A DNA stretch of 64,000 bases from Lingula anatina. Lineage: Eukaryota; Animalia; Brachiopoda. The notes under the pieces are model-generated. The model searched no databases and had not been told where the DNA came from. It saw only the letters and a list, made by a program, of their open reading frames with translations. The DNA is taken from assembly GCA_051362555.1 (NCBI GenBank), contig CM120644.1, forward strand, positions 25,008,534-25,072,533, in the 5' to 3' direction. This document shows positions 1 through 12,724 of the stretch, piece by piece; the first letter of the stretch is position 1; each line of letters begins with the position of its first letter. A program made the translations under genes and the position numbers.

Positions 1-294
1 TTGTTTTAAGTTAAAATCTTGAGAAAAATGCATATCTCTTAAACAAATATCATTCAAAACAATAGATATTTGATATAGGTCAATTTTATCAGTTGAATTG
101 TCAATTATATATCACTATTAAAGCAAAAATGCTTTTTATTGATTATAATGCACAATCTTATAGTCTTCTATAGGATTCTATAGAAATTCTTTAATTTCGT
201 TTTTAAAGCATTTTTGGAAAAATATTAAAGTAATTTTTTTATGGAGAAATATTTAATCATTAGGAATGTTTTTGTACCAAATCATTGAAGTTGA

Positions 295-640
295 ATTTTT
301 TTAAATTTATGTTCAGAGCATTACAAAAATTCCTATAGGAAATCTTATAGGAATTTCTATAGGAACCTATAGGAAATCCTATGCTAATTCATATAGGGAA
401 TTTTTATAAGGCCAGGTTGAATGAAAAATAATGAATCTGGTTTAAATATCAGTACAGTGTATATGATTTTGATTTTTAATTTATGTTCAGACCATTACAA
501 AAATTCCTATGGGAAATCTTATAGGAATTTCTATAGGAACCTATAGAAAATCCTATGTTAATTCATATTAATACTGAATTTGTATAAGGCCAGGTTGAAT
601 GAAAAATAATGAAACTGGTCTAAATATCAGTATATAATGT
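295..640. repeat. ~178-bp tandem duplication rich in CCTATAGG-type palindromic motifs
   Basis: The block 'aatttatgttcaga.cattacaaaaattcctat...ggccaggttgaatgaaaaataatgaa.ctgg..taaatatcagta' occurs twice head-to-tail (~295-472 and ~473-640). Confidence 0.8.
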
Positions 641-2371
641 ATTTTTACTTTTCGTGTGATCATATTCACTTCATATTTCATATTACTGAAAGTCAACCTT
701 ATCTAATCAGAATGTACTTGACCTTGGCTGTTTGAAAAAGTGAAAGTGCAATCCTGCCTAATATATAAAATATAATGTAAAAGTAAGTGAACATTAAGAG
801 TATGGTACTGTCCCTCATAAAGGATGGGAAACAAGGACAAATTAATATGTTTATAAAGATACATTTTATGCTTAATCACTTGTAAGGTTTAACAGTCAAC
901 TGATGTTAGCTAGAGAATGCCCTTCTCCACCAGCCATAACCATAGATTCAACAACTCTGAATTTCTTTTGTTAGCCTGGCACCTATTATTAGGTCACTAC
1001 TCCTTGGCTATTGTTACACTAGTAACAGTAACCGCCTATTAGGTGTTATCAGATGTGTGGTATCCTGTCTAAGTCTTTGTTTATATGAGACAAGCAGCAA
1101 ATGAGTATACAGCTATCAAGACAGTTTAAATTCAGGAGCATAGTGGAAGGGTACAGAGTGTAGAAAAATCAGATGAGAAAGGTATGTATTACAGTAATGC
1201 ATTGGATCATTTGGGCATCTAATCAAATTGAAAATGAGATAATTGATCTAATTTGTAGTGTACCTTGTAAACATCATATCTATATTACATTAAACAAGTT
1301 ATAATTTATAATGTATAGCTTCCCTTTTAGCCAACAAAGAAGTACTGTTTAGTCTCTTTATTTCTTATAAAACTGTGGTCAATTACTCATCAAAATATTT
1401 CTTTAAATGCAGTTGAATAAAAAAAAAACAATTTACATTTCATTTAACATATTCCACAGTATGGTATGCAACCAGCTTACTAGAAAATTGTTTCATACAT
1501 TTTTGCAAATTTAATGGTGCTGCTACTGCTTTTGAATTATAAGTTCTATAAGTTATCACAAGGATCCAATATGTCTTGTTAAGCTGTGGCGTCACTGTCT
1601 TTTTCTTGTGTGCGTTCGAACTCCTGCCAGAATGAGTGGCTAAAACTTCCCTTGGCCAGACCGTGTACATTGGAAGCATACTGCTTTAGTCATAGCGTTC
1701 AGAGTGGACTGTCAACGGGTCGGTAGATGATACTTTCAATCATCATGTCCCTGTAAATTATTTGTCTGTGGGTGTAATTAAGGGCAAATATTGGGATGAT
1801 GGTTTTGATTTGGGAACAAAATTGTCTCTTGAAGACAAAAGTGTGCTCCGTTTATGGGAAAACAGTGTTTCCATGAAAGACTGTCATTATGTTCTTCCTA
1901 TCCTATTCCTATGGAAAGAAAATTGCTCGAAATTTCCCAACAATCGGTATGTGGCTATTAAAAGGCAGCAACATTTAGAAAGGAAACTCACAAATGAAGG
2001 ACTGTGTGACCGATACAAAGACAATGTTTCAAAGCTTAAGAGATATAAGAAATTCCCTTGCTCAAAGACGCTAGACAAAGGACATATTACTGCAGCTGAA
2101 CTAAAAATCGCGGAAGATTATATCATCAAGGCGGTACAAAGATACAGTTTCTCTCACACGTTAAAGTCTCTGAACAAAATAGGCCAAGTTTCGAAATCAA
2201 GTAAAATTCACAATCTTTCTCCCGTCCTTCAGAATGATACACTTGTTGTCGGTGGTAGACTAATTCATTCTGCACTGAAGTGAAAGCAACCATCGAATTT
2301 TACCTAGATTTCCAGTTTAATTGCCCGAGAAGCGCATGAAAGTGCACATTTAGGTACGGAATGGACTCTAA

Positions 2372-2985
2372 CGCCCGTATTCTATAAGGTCACTCACACT
2401 CACACTCTACTCCCACTCAACTGAGTTTCACTCAAGTGTGTCTGAAGAGTAACTCAAGTGTGAGTGTGAGTGTGATCTCAATAAAATGAGTGCCTAATCA
2501 CACTCATTGAATGATACATGTGTTCACTTTCACTAAGCTCACTCAACTGTGACTCAGTTAAGTGACACTTGAGTAATAGTTCCTTGTATTGAGTGTGCAC
2601 ATCACTTTAGTCAGTCTGACTGCAGTCACCATGTCCAGACAATACTTCTCTGAGCTAGAGAAGTCTCGATCTACTGAGTGAATTAGTGGACAAAAACAAA
2701 TCCGTTCTGGAATGTAAAAAAATGACTTCAGAATGATCAAGCAGAAAAACGATACATGGGAAAGCTTGTCAGAGGAGTTCAACCCGCAAAGTGGGGTGAA
2801 GAAACGGGACAGCAAGCAACTAAAAAAATGCTGGGAAAATACAAAATCTCGGGCTAAGAAGTCTATTGCAAAGGAAAAGAGGGAAGCAAAGCTGACTGGT
2901 GGCGGTCGAAGTAGTGTTGCGGATGAAACTGCCTCTGCTGTAGCAGCCTTTATACCATCACAGATCGACATACCATCACAGATCG
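2372..2985 (+). mobile_element. 5' part of a PIF/Harbinger-type element with a decayed Myb/SANT-like ORF, nested in the BEL integrase
   Basis: BEL coding sequence stops abruptly after TAA at 'cgcccgtattctataagg', followed by (cact/gagt)-rich subterminal repeats. The translation 'KNDTWESLSEEFNPQSGVKKRDSKQLKKCWENTKSRAKK..REAKLTGGG' has the W..L...FN..R...QLKK.W.N.K...TGGG pattern of Harbinger-associated Myb/SANT proteins. Confidence 0.75.
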
Positions 2986-3224
2986 ATGATATTTTTGGAC
3001 CTCTCAAAGTTAGGGTAGGTCGCTCAGAAGTTAAACGCTACGGATGCGTTTTCACGTGTTTTAAAACAAGAGATATTCACTTGGAGGTGTTAGAAAATTT
3101 AGAAGCAAACACATTTCTCAACAGTTTCATACGATTCGTATCGAGACGCGGTTGTCCCACAAAAGTTTACAGTGATAACGGCACAAACTTGGTAGGGGCG
3201 GTGAATCAAATAAACAAATGTTAC

Positions 3225-3421
3225 ACCCCATTCTCATAGATTAGATCGACCTACATTGGATCGACCTAACTCCCTGGGGGTTCACGCTAAATAGCTGTCA
3301 GCCGGGCGGACACGAAAGTTAATTACCCCTTAAAGCTTGTAGTAGGCGGGGACGGACACTTAAGGGGGATTATCTGACAGTAATCTAGTGAGACTCCCCG
3401 CGGTGATAGATCGATCTAAAA
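3225..3421. mobile_element. ~200-bp MITE-like insertion in the BEL integrase (same family as 44585-44799)
   Basis: Shares 'ggatcg.cctaactccctgggggttcacgctaaat.gctgtcagccg...agttaattacccct' with 44615-44690. Its left end 'ccccattctcatagat' is the near reverse complement of the other copy's right end 'atctatgggaatgggg'. Confidence 0.75.
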
Positions 3422-4181
3422 GTTGTGAGAACAGAGCCTTAGACAAAGTCAAGATTATGTCAGAAATGAGACGAAAGGGAATTGATTGGATTTTCAATCC
3501 ACCACATGCTTCTCATTATGGTGGTGTATGGGAGAGAATGATTCGGACGATAAAAATAAAAATTGATGGCTGTGCTGGCAAACTGTGCTAGGTCTTTAAC
3601 CGACTGGTCTTTGCAGACTGTTTTATGCGAATGTGACTGTATAGTAAATGGAAGAACCATTACTAAAATCAGTGGGAATGTGAATGATTGTGATGCGCCC
3701 ACATTTGTTAGCAATTAGAGGAATCCCTATCCTATCCAAAATTTGATATTGCTGACACTTACAGAAAGCTGTGGAGACATGTCCAATTTCTGGTGTCTCA
3801 ATGTTGGAAAAGATGGACTCGAGAATATTAACCTACATGTACACTGCAGGCACGTTTAAAATGGCATTGCATTCAGATGAATTTGAAAGTCCTTGAAGTA
3901 AAAATCAATTCCTCATGGATTTGGGCCTCTGGCCATAGTAGAAAGCACCAACGTGGGTAGAGATGGTTTAATTCAAAGTCATTCGCACTAAAACGTCCAA
4001 GTATACTAGACCTATCACAAAAATAGTTTTATTGGAAGGGAATGATAACGCTTGAGATATTTGTATGTTTAAAATGCAATTTTAAAATGTGGATTGTATG
4101 ATTTTTCAGTTTACATATATATAGTGTATGTATTGCAAATGTGATGTTACCATTTTTTTTTTTTTTTTGTAAAATGCGGAG

Positions 4182-4571
4182 TGTTGCCGACACAGCAGAA
4201 ATTATATACGTTGTTATCATTTTTATTTTATATTATTTTATGTTATTATGTTTATTTATATTGTGTTAGAGAAGAAACTAGAACACTGCTCAATATTAAG
4301 TAACATCTGTTCATTTAGTCATGTGGTCAACTGTATAAAAGCCGATGTTGCATGTGCTCTGCGCGGTCATTTATTACTTACTGGCAGAGTGGAGGTATGT
4401 TATGATATAACGTGTAACTTGTGTAAAATCTATGTATTTAATAAAGTGTAATTCACTTATATAGAGGTAGTTTGTGTAGTTTACAAAAGTTTACATAAGT
4501 TTACATACGTTTAATCAGTAACATAAGTTATGAGCATCGTTGGTTTGGGTGTGGCATTTTCATGAACAACA
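4182..4571 (+). repeat. Candidate 3' LTR of the BEL/Pao element
   Basis: Starts TGTTG after a short purine-rich tract ~130 bp downstream of the pol end, contains AATAAA (~4440), and ends ...AACAACA. No second LTR is available to confirm it. Confidence 0.4.
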
Positions 4572-5536
4572 CATGTATATCCATGAATATTTACAATATC
4601 AAATCAAATTACATTCACAGCACAGAATGTCATGACCGTCTCTGAGCAGCCAGTTGACAGCAGAAAAAACGAGTCTGGATATTGTTTTAGTGTAAGTGTT
4701 TAAAATTAAATAATAATTAATAATCTGTGAAGTAAACTTACACGTATGTAAAGATCGATTTTTTTGTTAAGATCACATGAATTAAGTTATTTAGTATATT
4801 TAGTTTATTTATCTCAGTATTTCACTGTATTGTTATTATTTTTTCTTTTTCTTTTCTTTTTTATAGTTTTCACCAGTTTTTGTTCAGTTTCTGTTCAGAT
4901 TCTGTTCAGTTCTGTTCACACTGCGTAAATAACCAGCAGTATTATCCAGCGGTGTTTCTTCATTTACTTGTGGTCCGCTACAGGCAGACATTTTTTCCTA
5001 TAATCTGTATAAAATCTAAATAACTTAAATAACAAACTTATGTAACAAATGTAGCCTACATTTGATTTTACATTTCTTTAGTAAATATTTCTAAATCAAT
5101 CTACATGTCTTTTCTTTAAACATTAAACATCATCAGATGTATTTTTCAAAACACAGGTTAATGAAATACAAGTATATCTCATTTGCCACACCTGTAAGTA
5201 TCGTAATAGGTGCCTTGATCTAAGTCATTCCCTGCGCATACCAATAAAAAAAACTGGCAGCTTGGCCAATTAACTTGGTCAATTAACTTGCCCATTATGC
5301 TTTAAACAATGCAAAGACTCCATAAAGAATGAGCCCAGCCAGGGCGTAATAGACATGTGGTCTGGGATTTTTATGCATAGGACTAGATTTGGTCCGGGCC
5401 TTTGACATATACATATGCGCATTTTAAATTATATTATATGAACAAAAACAATATATCACGCTGCAAGCAACGTTTTGTTTTCTGTGGTGGATATAGAGAA
5501 GAGTTATTTAATAATAAAGCGTCTTTGAACTCCTAC

Positions 5537-5673
5537 CTCTTCAGTATTCCCAAGTTGATCTTTATGTGTCCCCACTAATAGGATTCTTGGACAAATATCC
5601 ACCAATCCTGGGTCTTTTCTTCTCACTACCTCAGTGTGAGTATGGATAGAATTCTGCCAGAATTTTATAAAAT
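5537..5673 (-). CDS. Roco gene A exon: Roc GTPase G4 region (DFIKFWQNSIHTH...ILLVGTHKD)
   Basis: tttcag acceptor, gtagga donor, 137 nt. Same length and phase as paralogous exon 48016-48152, and contains the GTHxD motif. Confidence 0.88.
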
Positions 5674-5942
5674 CTGAAATAACAATTTCACATATTACTT
5701 GTATCTGTAAAGCTGACTAGATATGCTTTCTTTAGGATAACTAATTTATCCTTATTCATACCAGGCGGATCGTTTAAGGCAATATATATTCTTTATTTTA
5801 CATTATTGACCACGGAATTACGTGAATTTATCACATTTTTCTAAGCTTCGGGCGATATTTGCGAGGCTTTGCTTATGGTTTACATACAAGAAACAAAATA
5901 GCATTGGGATCATCGACGTCCCACCAGATTTCTGCTAATTAA

Positions 5943-6295
5943 AAGGATATAATAACTCTTCGTATGAGATCTACATGTATATTTCACAATCAAAGCATTG
6001 TGAACAACTCATAGAAATATAATATATTCCGTTTTTCCACAAAACGGAAGTTATAGCTATTATTCTGATATCTGAGCTTGTCTTCAGACCACGTGACCTA
6101 CATTGACGACTATACTCTGTATAATCTCTTAAGAGTCTATAACAAAAAAATGTTTTAGAAAATAACCAGGAACTAACTCTGAATGTAAAAATGGATTTAT
6201 TTACCATTGGTAAGTATGGGGAAATTGTTGTTTACTCCAGGAAAATTTTTCTTTTTTTTTTTTTTTTTTTGCCAAAACGAAGAGTTATTATCTCT
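5943..6295. mobile_element. MITE with TTAA flanks (Kolobok-like ends)
   Basis: TTAA|aaggatataataactcttcgt ... acgaagagttattatctct|TTAA: imperfect terminal inverted repeat with TTAA on both sides. Confidence 0.65.
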
Positions 6296-6824
6296 TTAAG
6301 CATCTGTTCCACGTGGTATTTTACTTCACTTTAATAATAAATAGATGAAAATATCATAAACAAAAGATGGTTCAAAATATCTTAAAGTGGTAGAATCCCA
6401 TATATGAGAGTGATTTTGGTGCAAAAGACTGATGATGAAAAGACATATCACGATTTCGAAGCATCACGGAGTTGTAACATCGAGAGAGCAAATTATTATA
6501 ATCCAGAGGTAGAAAAATGCTTCCTGCTCCCTCAGCAGCCTGTACGTCCCTAGAACAATTGGCTCTTAAGATCGCCTAACACCACGTAAGCCACAAACCG
6601 TACATTGTAAACGACTACAAACAGTTTATGATATGTACTTCAGACCAATACACGCAATGCCACTCTAATCATCCCCTCACGCATACGTCATATAAAGAGA
6701 GAGAGAGAGAGAGGGCACATCACCTGTGAAATAAAATTATGTTTGGCATAAACACGTATACGTGTTATTGGTGTGATCTAATCAAGGCGCTTTCTAATGA
6801 TGATGTAAGGCTTACGTTACATAC

Positions 6825-7108
6825 CACCAACAGTGTCTGGGACGCTACCCACTGGTCTACGTCCAGTTCTGCCTACTCGCTCCACGCGGACAGGGTCATT
6901 TAACTCTTTGGTGAGGTCAAACACTAGTAAGTAGACAGCTCGCCAGGTGAGGAAGGTTTGATGCGTAGTGTAGAAGACATACTGACCGCCAAAATCCCAG
7001 AGTGTCAGTAAATCTGGGACATCTCGTTCTCTGTCGCCAAAAAGAACCTCATCTCTGATTTTTTGTTCTCTTCTTTGTTCAGATTGCATAAATGTGTTAA
7101 TATTTCCC
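6825..7108 (-). CDS. Roco gene A exon: Roc switch II (LWDFGGQYVFYTTHQTFLT..AVYLLVFDL)
   Basis: Roc signature WDFGGQ..FY.TH..FL; tatag acceptor and gtatgt donor. Paralog of 51246-51536. Confidence 0.92.
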
Positions 7109-7357
7109 CTATAAAGCAAAAAAGAGGGTGTTTATAACGCTGTTCTTTTCATGTGTTTTCTTCTAATTGAAACAGAAAACATAACTGACATGCAGCATAT
7201 GTTACCGAGCATAAAAATATAAAACATTTCCAAAAATATATACAAAGTAGCTGCCATACTTCTTACTGCGACTTCTTGCAAAATTATTTTTTAAATGATT
7301 TGACTCTTTAAACAATTTAGATAAAAGGCAATTTATAAACTAAATATCTACATGTAC

Positions 7358-7430
7358 CTACTGGCCTCTACATATTCATCGATGCCCCTCAAAAGTGTGT
7401 CAATGAAGTAATTGGCACTGACGGACTCAT
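7358..7430 (-). CDS. Roco gene A small exon (DESVSANYFIDTLLRGIDEYVEAS), part of an insertion within the Roc domain
   Basis: ttttgcag acceptor; homologous to 51782-51850. The frame is kept only if the gtacat donor at 7357 is used. Confidence 0.75.
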
Positions 7431-8199
7431 CTGCAAAAAGGGCTGTTTAGATAATGCTTGTAAAATGCAACAGGAATAAAAAATAAACATAAAGGCATTA
7501 ATATTTTTTAATGCTGTATCTATTTTTAAAGGATACTTAAAGCATATAAAATAATATTTGAGTAAGAAACACATGCACAGAAGCACGGAAATACTACAAA
7601 TATGAATATAACATCTATTTAATAATTCATATGAAGGGATATTTCTTTTAAAATTAATTTTAAGGGATATTTCTTTTAAAAACAAATACTTAAGTTTTGG
7701 AGATTTCTAACAATGAACATTGTATTTCAGTTCCAATCTATTATTTCGCCCAAAATGCTGTTTTTTTAACTGATCATTTTTCATTTGATATTTTAAGTTG
7801 GGTTGGGAAAATTTACAAACCATATCAACTGATAAATTGGCATTGTTTACAAGTTACAGACCTCATAAATAGAAATACCATTATTTTGGAAGAATCTTTG
7901 AGGCATTTGAGCACAATACAGATTGATTGTGAACAAGACTTGACATGGCTTGCTAAAGTATTGTTACAAGATGTGTGAACAACACACAACATGTTATTTC
8001 CATGACTTTAAGATTAAATTTCCTTGATTGTTACTTTGGTATTTCATGCTGATGACTTTGTGATAAGCACAAAGTTATTTCTGGTTTTAGTCTTGACGAT
8101 AACTATTATCGTGTAATATTATAACACTTATTACAACAATATTTTTAAAAAAATATTTTAACCATAACATATTGATTTTCATTAGCTGTATTGTGCTCA

Positions 8200-8620
8200 A
8201 ATGCTTCGCAATTGCAAAAAGGAGAAAACAATAAATTCATAACATATGGGGAAATTAAACATATTTATGAGGTCGAACCTTATATAAAATTCAATGTTTA
8301 TTTAGATAAAAAGTATTAGCAAAAGTGAGAATCAGTGAACATGAATTAAAAATCGAACGAAAGAAGCCAATTCACAAAAGGAAATGCCCCCACTGCAACT
8401 CAATAGAAGATGAAGCACACTTTTTTCTAGAATGCAGTGAACACAAAGTTGAACAGGAAATATTGTTCGCTTCCATATCAGAGGTGAATTTGCAGGGCCC
8501 AACAGACAAAAAACTATTTTACTCAATCAACTCTCTGCGCAGTGTGGGTGCCATAAGTAATTTTGTAAACAGTTCAATTAAAAGACGTGTATCCCTGCGT
8601 GGATGAGCATAGTTTACTAC
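8200..8620 (+). mobile_element. 3' fragment of a LINE (CR1/L2 group) with C-terminal Cys/His motif; its tail resumes at ~10452-10530
   Basis: RISEHELKIE..KCPHCNSIEDEAHFFLEC motif. 'caataaattattattatc' tail follows the nested insertion. Confidence 0.7.
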
Positions 8621-8624
8621 TTAA

Positions 8625-10447
8625 GGACGCTCTCTCATATTTCAGATTTCATATTTCTGTCCTAGCGATTTTGATTAAAATTGTAAGACAAAATCTTCTC
8701 ACCATATGAGTAAAAATATGAAAAAAATTGGGGTACTCAAGCTCGTTTCCAAGAGGTGGTGTACCGAAAAACGCTATGTTTATTACATTGCGTTTTATGG
8801 GGATTTTACCAAAATGCCCATAATTTTGCTGAAAAATGCAAAAATTAAAAATTCTGCCCGAGCGATTTTAATTTTACGTGTATATGTTATAGACCTTGGT
8901 ATACCTCGAGGAAATTTACAAAAAAATATGTACCACACCCAGCTTGTTTTTGAGCCAAGGCTGCTTGAACATAGATTTTTTACCAATTTTACATAGGAAT
9001 CAATGGGAATTTCCAAATTTAAATAAATATTTTTGTATCGTGTTTTTTTTAAACTCATACACTTATTTTGCTTCCATGAAAATTATATTTATACTTCTCT
9101 AAACAAATTTCATAAAGTTTGCATATTCATACATAATAAATAGGTATTCAAATGTTGAAAGTATCAGTTGGATTTCAGTATGCCTCATGGAATGGCGCCA
9201 TTTTGGATTTTTCATAGGCTGGACCTACAAGCACATGTATCAATCTCTTGTGACTTTTATCTTCCTATTCCTTTTTTCTTACTGGTTATACATTTTAAAC
9301 ATTGAGATAGCTGGATAGATTGTTTGCTTTGTATATTTAATATACATTGGTTAAATTAACGATGTATCAATTTCTTACTACTGGTAAGTTACATGTAGCC
9401 ATATTTCTTGACAAACGTGCTTTGGAAACTAGGTGGCAAAAAAGTTAGAATATTCATCTAAAGAAATCTTTTGGTTATCAGTATATTTCGATTTCATATT
9501 ATATATACAATATGAAATAAAAATCAATAATAAATAACATACTTATTTAAAATTTAGGCAATACAGACATCCTACATGCATTTTCTTATTACTTTATACG
9601 TTTTGTTACTCTTTTTTGTGTTTAGATTTATTTCACATAGAAGACAATAAATACCATCTAGAACTTTTTGAAATGACATGTGCAAATGCTGATATGTTTA
9701 CCCTGGCATCTTGATTTCCCCCTAAACATGAAAAAATTATTTTTATAAACTAGGAATTATAAAGAATTTGCTAAAATTTGAACGCAGGATTTAGTTTATT
9801 CACTGGAATGAAATAAAAAAATCAAATAACAGGGATCTTCCTGGGTCAAAATCTGGTTGGGCAATTGTTTAAATGCGTGCCGTGAATTTATTTGTGATAA
9901 TTCATTATGTTTCAATATCATTTTTTTTATTTCAATTTTGATCATATAAAGATTAAAAAACACTGAAAAAAGGCTTGGTGCTCTTACTCTTATCGCACGG
10001 CCCAGGATTATGAGATCAAAGGATTTTCTGCTCTTAATTATTGCATACATCAACTAAATTTTTTGACTCAAGACAATATTCTAATACATTTTGGGCGGAA
10101 TAATTTCTGTAAAATCTTAGCAAATCACTGTGGTCAAAATGCAAGCCTTTGTGAATGTTTTCCGTGAGATAAGATCATATCACTGCTATACAAGCCTTAC
10201 TAAATTGCTCTTTTCAATACTTTCTTAGCGTAATTTCATACATTGTGTCGTTTGTAAACAATGCATTGTTGACATATTCATAGCGCTTCGACCAAAATAA
10301 CATCATATTTTTTATACAGATTTCTTAAAAGGATGAATTACGTATTTTATTGCATGTCATATTTTCCTAATTAGCCACTATCGAAAAAAAACTACTCATG
10401 TGCGAAATCTGTGTAGATCGCAAAAAAGCTAATATGAGAGGACCTCC
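8625..10447. mobile_element. ~1.8-kb non-autonomous DNA transposon, TTAA target, GG..CC ends (Kolobok-like)
   Basis: TTAA|ggacgctctctcatatt ... aatatgagaggacctcc|TTAA. Splits the LINE 3' end; no transposase ORF. Confidence 0.7.
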
Positions 10448-12724
10448 TTAAATTATTTTTTTATATTTGTATTAGTAAAAGAGCCTGTAAATGTAAAACA
10501 TTTCTTTGTGCTCAATAAATTATTATTATCATGTAAAATATAATCATTATAAGTAGTATATTTTATTTTATTCCCATTGTTAGGTATTCAATATTAATAT
10601 TTAGCATTTTTAAGCACTTAGAATGGATTATAATATGAACTATTTTTAAATTTTGACGACTTTGTGCATAACGATTAAAAAGATAACAAAATTATCAGCT
10701 TATCATGTTAACTTTTTGAGAATTTACGTAAACATTCAATTAATACAATAAGTTGTATTTTAAACAAAAAGAGAACCTTATCTTCACATAAATTTATCTT
10801 CTGAATTGTTAAACGAATCAATTTTGCTGATGTTTTGTGATTGCATAGTTAAAATGTTGCATCAGATACCTTCAGGTATCGGTATATGTATTATTCAATC
10901 AATATATAATGCATGGAATGTTACTGAATTAGTCAAAGTTACCATATTATAACTACAACATTTTAATATTGCTGTTAAAAATAATAATGAGTTACTACTG
11001 AATAAGGATAAGGGAATAACGCATAATAAACTTCGAGGAATCCTTAAAATAATAAGAACTGAGGGTAATTGTGTTCTTACAATAAATGCTATGACACAAT
11101 GTCCAATTTGTACATGCATTGAACATTAATGCATGCAACAGATTTATGTCATGTATACATTTTACTTCACAAAGATAATATGACGAGTTTATTATTAAAT
11201 AATTTACGAAATTTATGTTATTCGGTATTTGCTTCGCTTTTAAAAAAATTCAAAAAGGAGACTATGTCGTAAAGTTTAGAATTCGATGAAAAAAGGGTGT
11301 ATGAGTCAAAGTTTATGACTTATGCTTACACAAATTACAATAAATAATAAAAGAGAAATCAAATAGATGAAAAGTTTGAGTTTCACCGACAGTCAACAAT
11401 TGTAGAACATGTTTTTAGTGTCAGAAAAGGATGGAAAGGTCAAAGTCAGTAACAGTTTATGTGATGGGTTAATCTCATAATAGATTTTAAATTCGATCAA
11501 TTGTTTATCACACGATAACTAAGTTGTGGATGTGATTCAAGTATGGGTAATTCAAATGGTAGTTTCAATAACTTTTATTGAAAAACAAGGCTCTTAGACA
11601 TTGCCTAATAAGGTCATAGTCATAGTCAACATGAGAATGGAATTTTTCTGGAAATCACGCCATAAACAGTGAAAAAAATAATAACACGCTTGATCAAAAC
11701 GGAGAATAAAAGTATAACAGTCATTCTTTGCTAGTGGTGCACTGCGGGGGGACCATAACAAGAATGTAATTTAAATTTAGATAGCCGACCAAATTCTCAT
11801 GACTTCGTTGTGTATGTTTCAATAACAAATCAAAGAAGCTGCATGAGCAAGGAAGATGTTGTTATAAAAGCAAAAAAAGAGAAAAAAGCAGAAAATATAT
11901 CGAAATTACCCTCAAAATGGCGTCTTTTTTTGTGGAATTTCGACCCTACCTCTATTTAGGAACAGTTTGTTTAGGGTTTGAATGAATTATTGAAGCAGGG
12001 AATACACCTACTGCAAGAAGATATAATAAACAGAATGTGCAAATGGTTATTTAAATAAAAATTTATTTGAAGTCACTGAAAAATGATCACAAAATTAGCT
12101 TAACTTACGATACATGCAGTGTCCCACCCCGATGAAAATTTCATCTAATCCTATCTTTCCGTATTAAAACTGTTCAATCGTCCAAAGTAGTATTTCGGTT
12201 AGTTTGTGTCAAGAAATCCATGATAATATCAGTTTTCTTAAGAATTTCACATTTATTGCTCAGCAAGGTCGATATTTCTTCACCGCGTCCCAATATTACG
12301 TTCGCAACGCTGAAACTTCAGAGATCGATTCTTATCAGACGACTTTAAAATGCCGCGTGAAAATTATACATCGATAGCGATCTTCTTCCATACTCACTAA
12401 CTGATGACGTCTACACACGAATGGCTTCTTTTACACACTAAAAAAACCAGCTCAAACTGGCGGGTGGCCCATTCTGATAACATGTTACGCAATGACGCTG
12501 TCGAGATAGGATGCAGGGCACAGGTGTAATTCCCTCGATTTAACCGTCACAGGATTGTTTATTGGGATCTTCTTTGTATGAAGGTGAGAAATAATGAGTT
12601 TCGTTTCATTTTTCTTCAATTGTTTCAACATATTTGTGTACCGATTGATTTTTACCATTCTATAAGTAGGGTGACTTCGTCTGAACTTTCGTTTTGCGTC
12701 TGTGTCACATGGGGGACTAAAGGT

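Larger units (their letters stand above)
1762..4050 (+). mobile_element. Degenerate BEL/Pao LTR retrotransposon pol remnant (pre-RT fragment, integrase, C-terminal region), internally deleted and interrupted by nested insertions
   Basis: BEL/Pao-type motifs in translated fragments: FPNNRYVAIKR..LERKL; ELKIAE..IIKAVQ...L..LSP.L..VGGRL; AHESAHLG (zinc-finger HH); DIFGP..RYGCVFTC..TRDIHLE..FIRFVSRRGCPTKVYSDNGTNLVGA; [22 protein letters not shown]; WKRWTREY; RPITKIVLLE. Stops and frameshifts are present and the RT core is missing. Confidence 0.9.

Noticed and set aside
2558-3007. 149-aa minus-strand ORF
   Set aside because: Antisense shadow of the Myb/SANT fragment.
4628-4982. Possible solo LTR (TGTCA...CTACA)
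   Set aside because: No matching target-site duplication and no second copy in the window.
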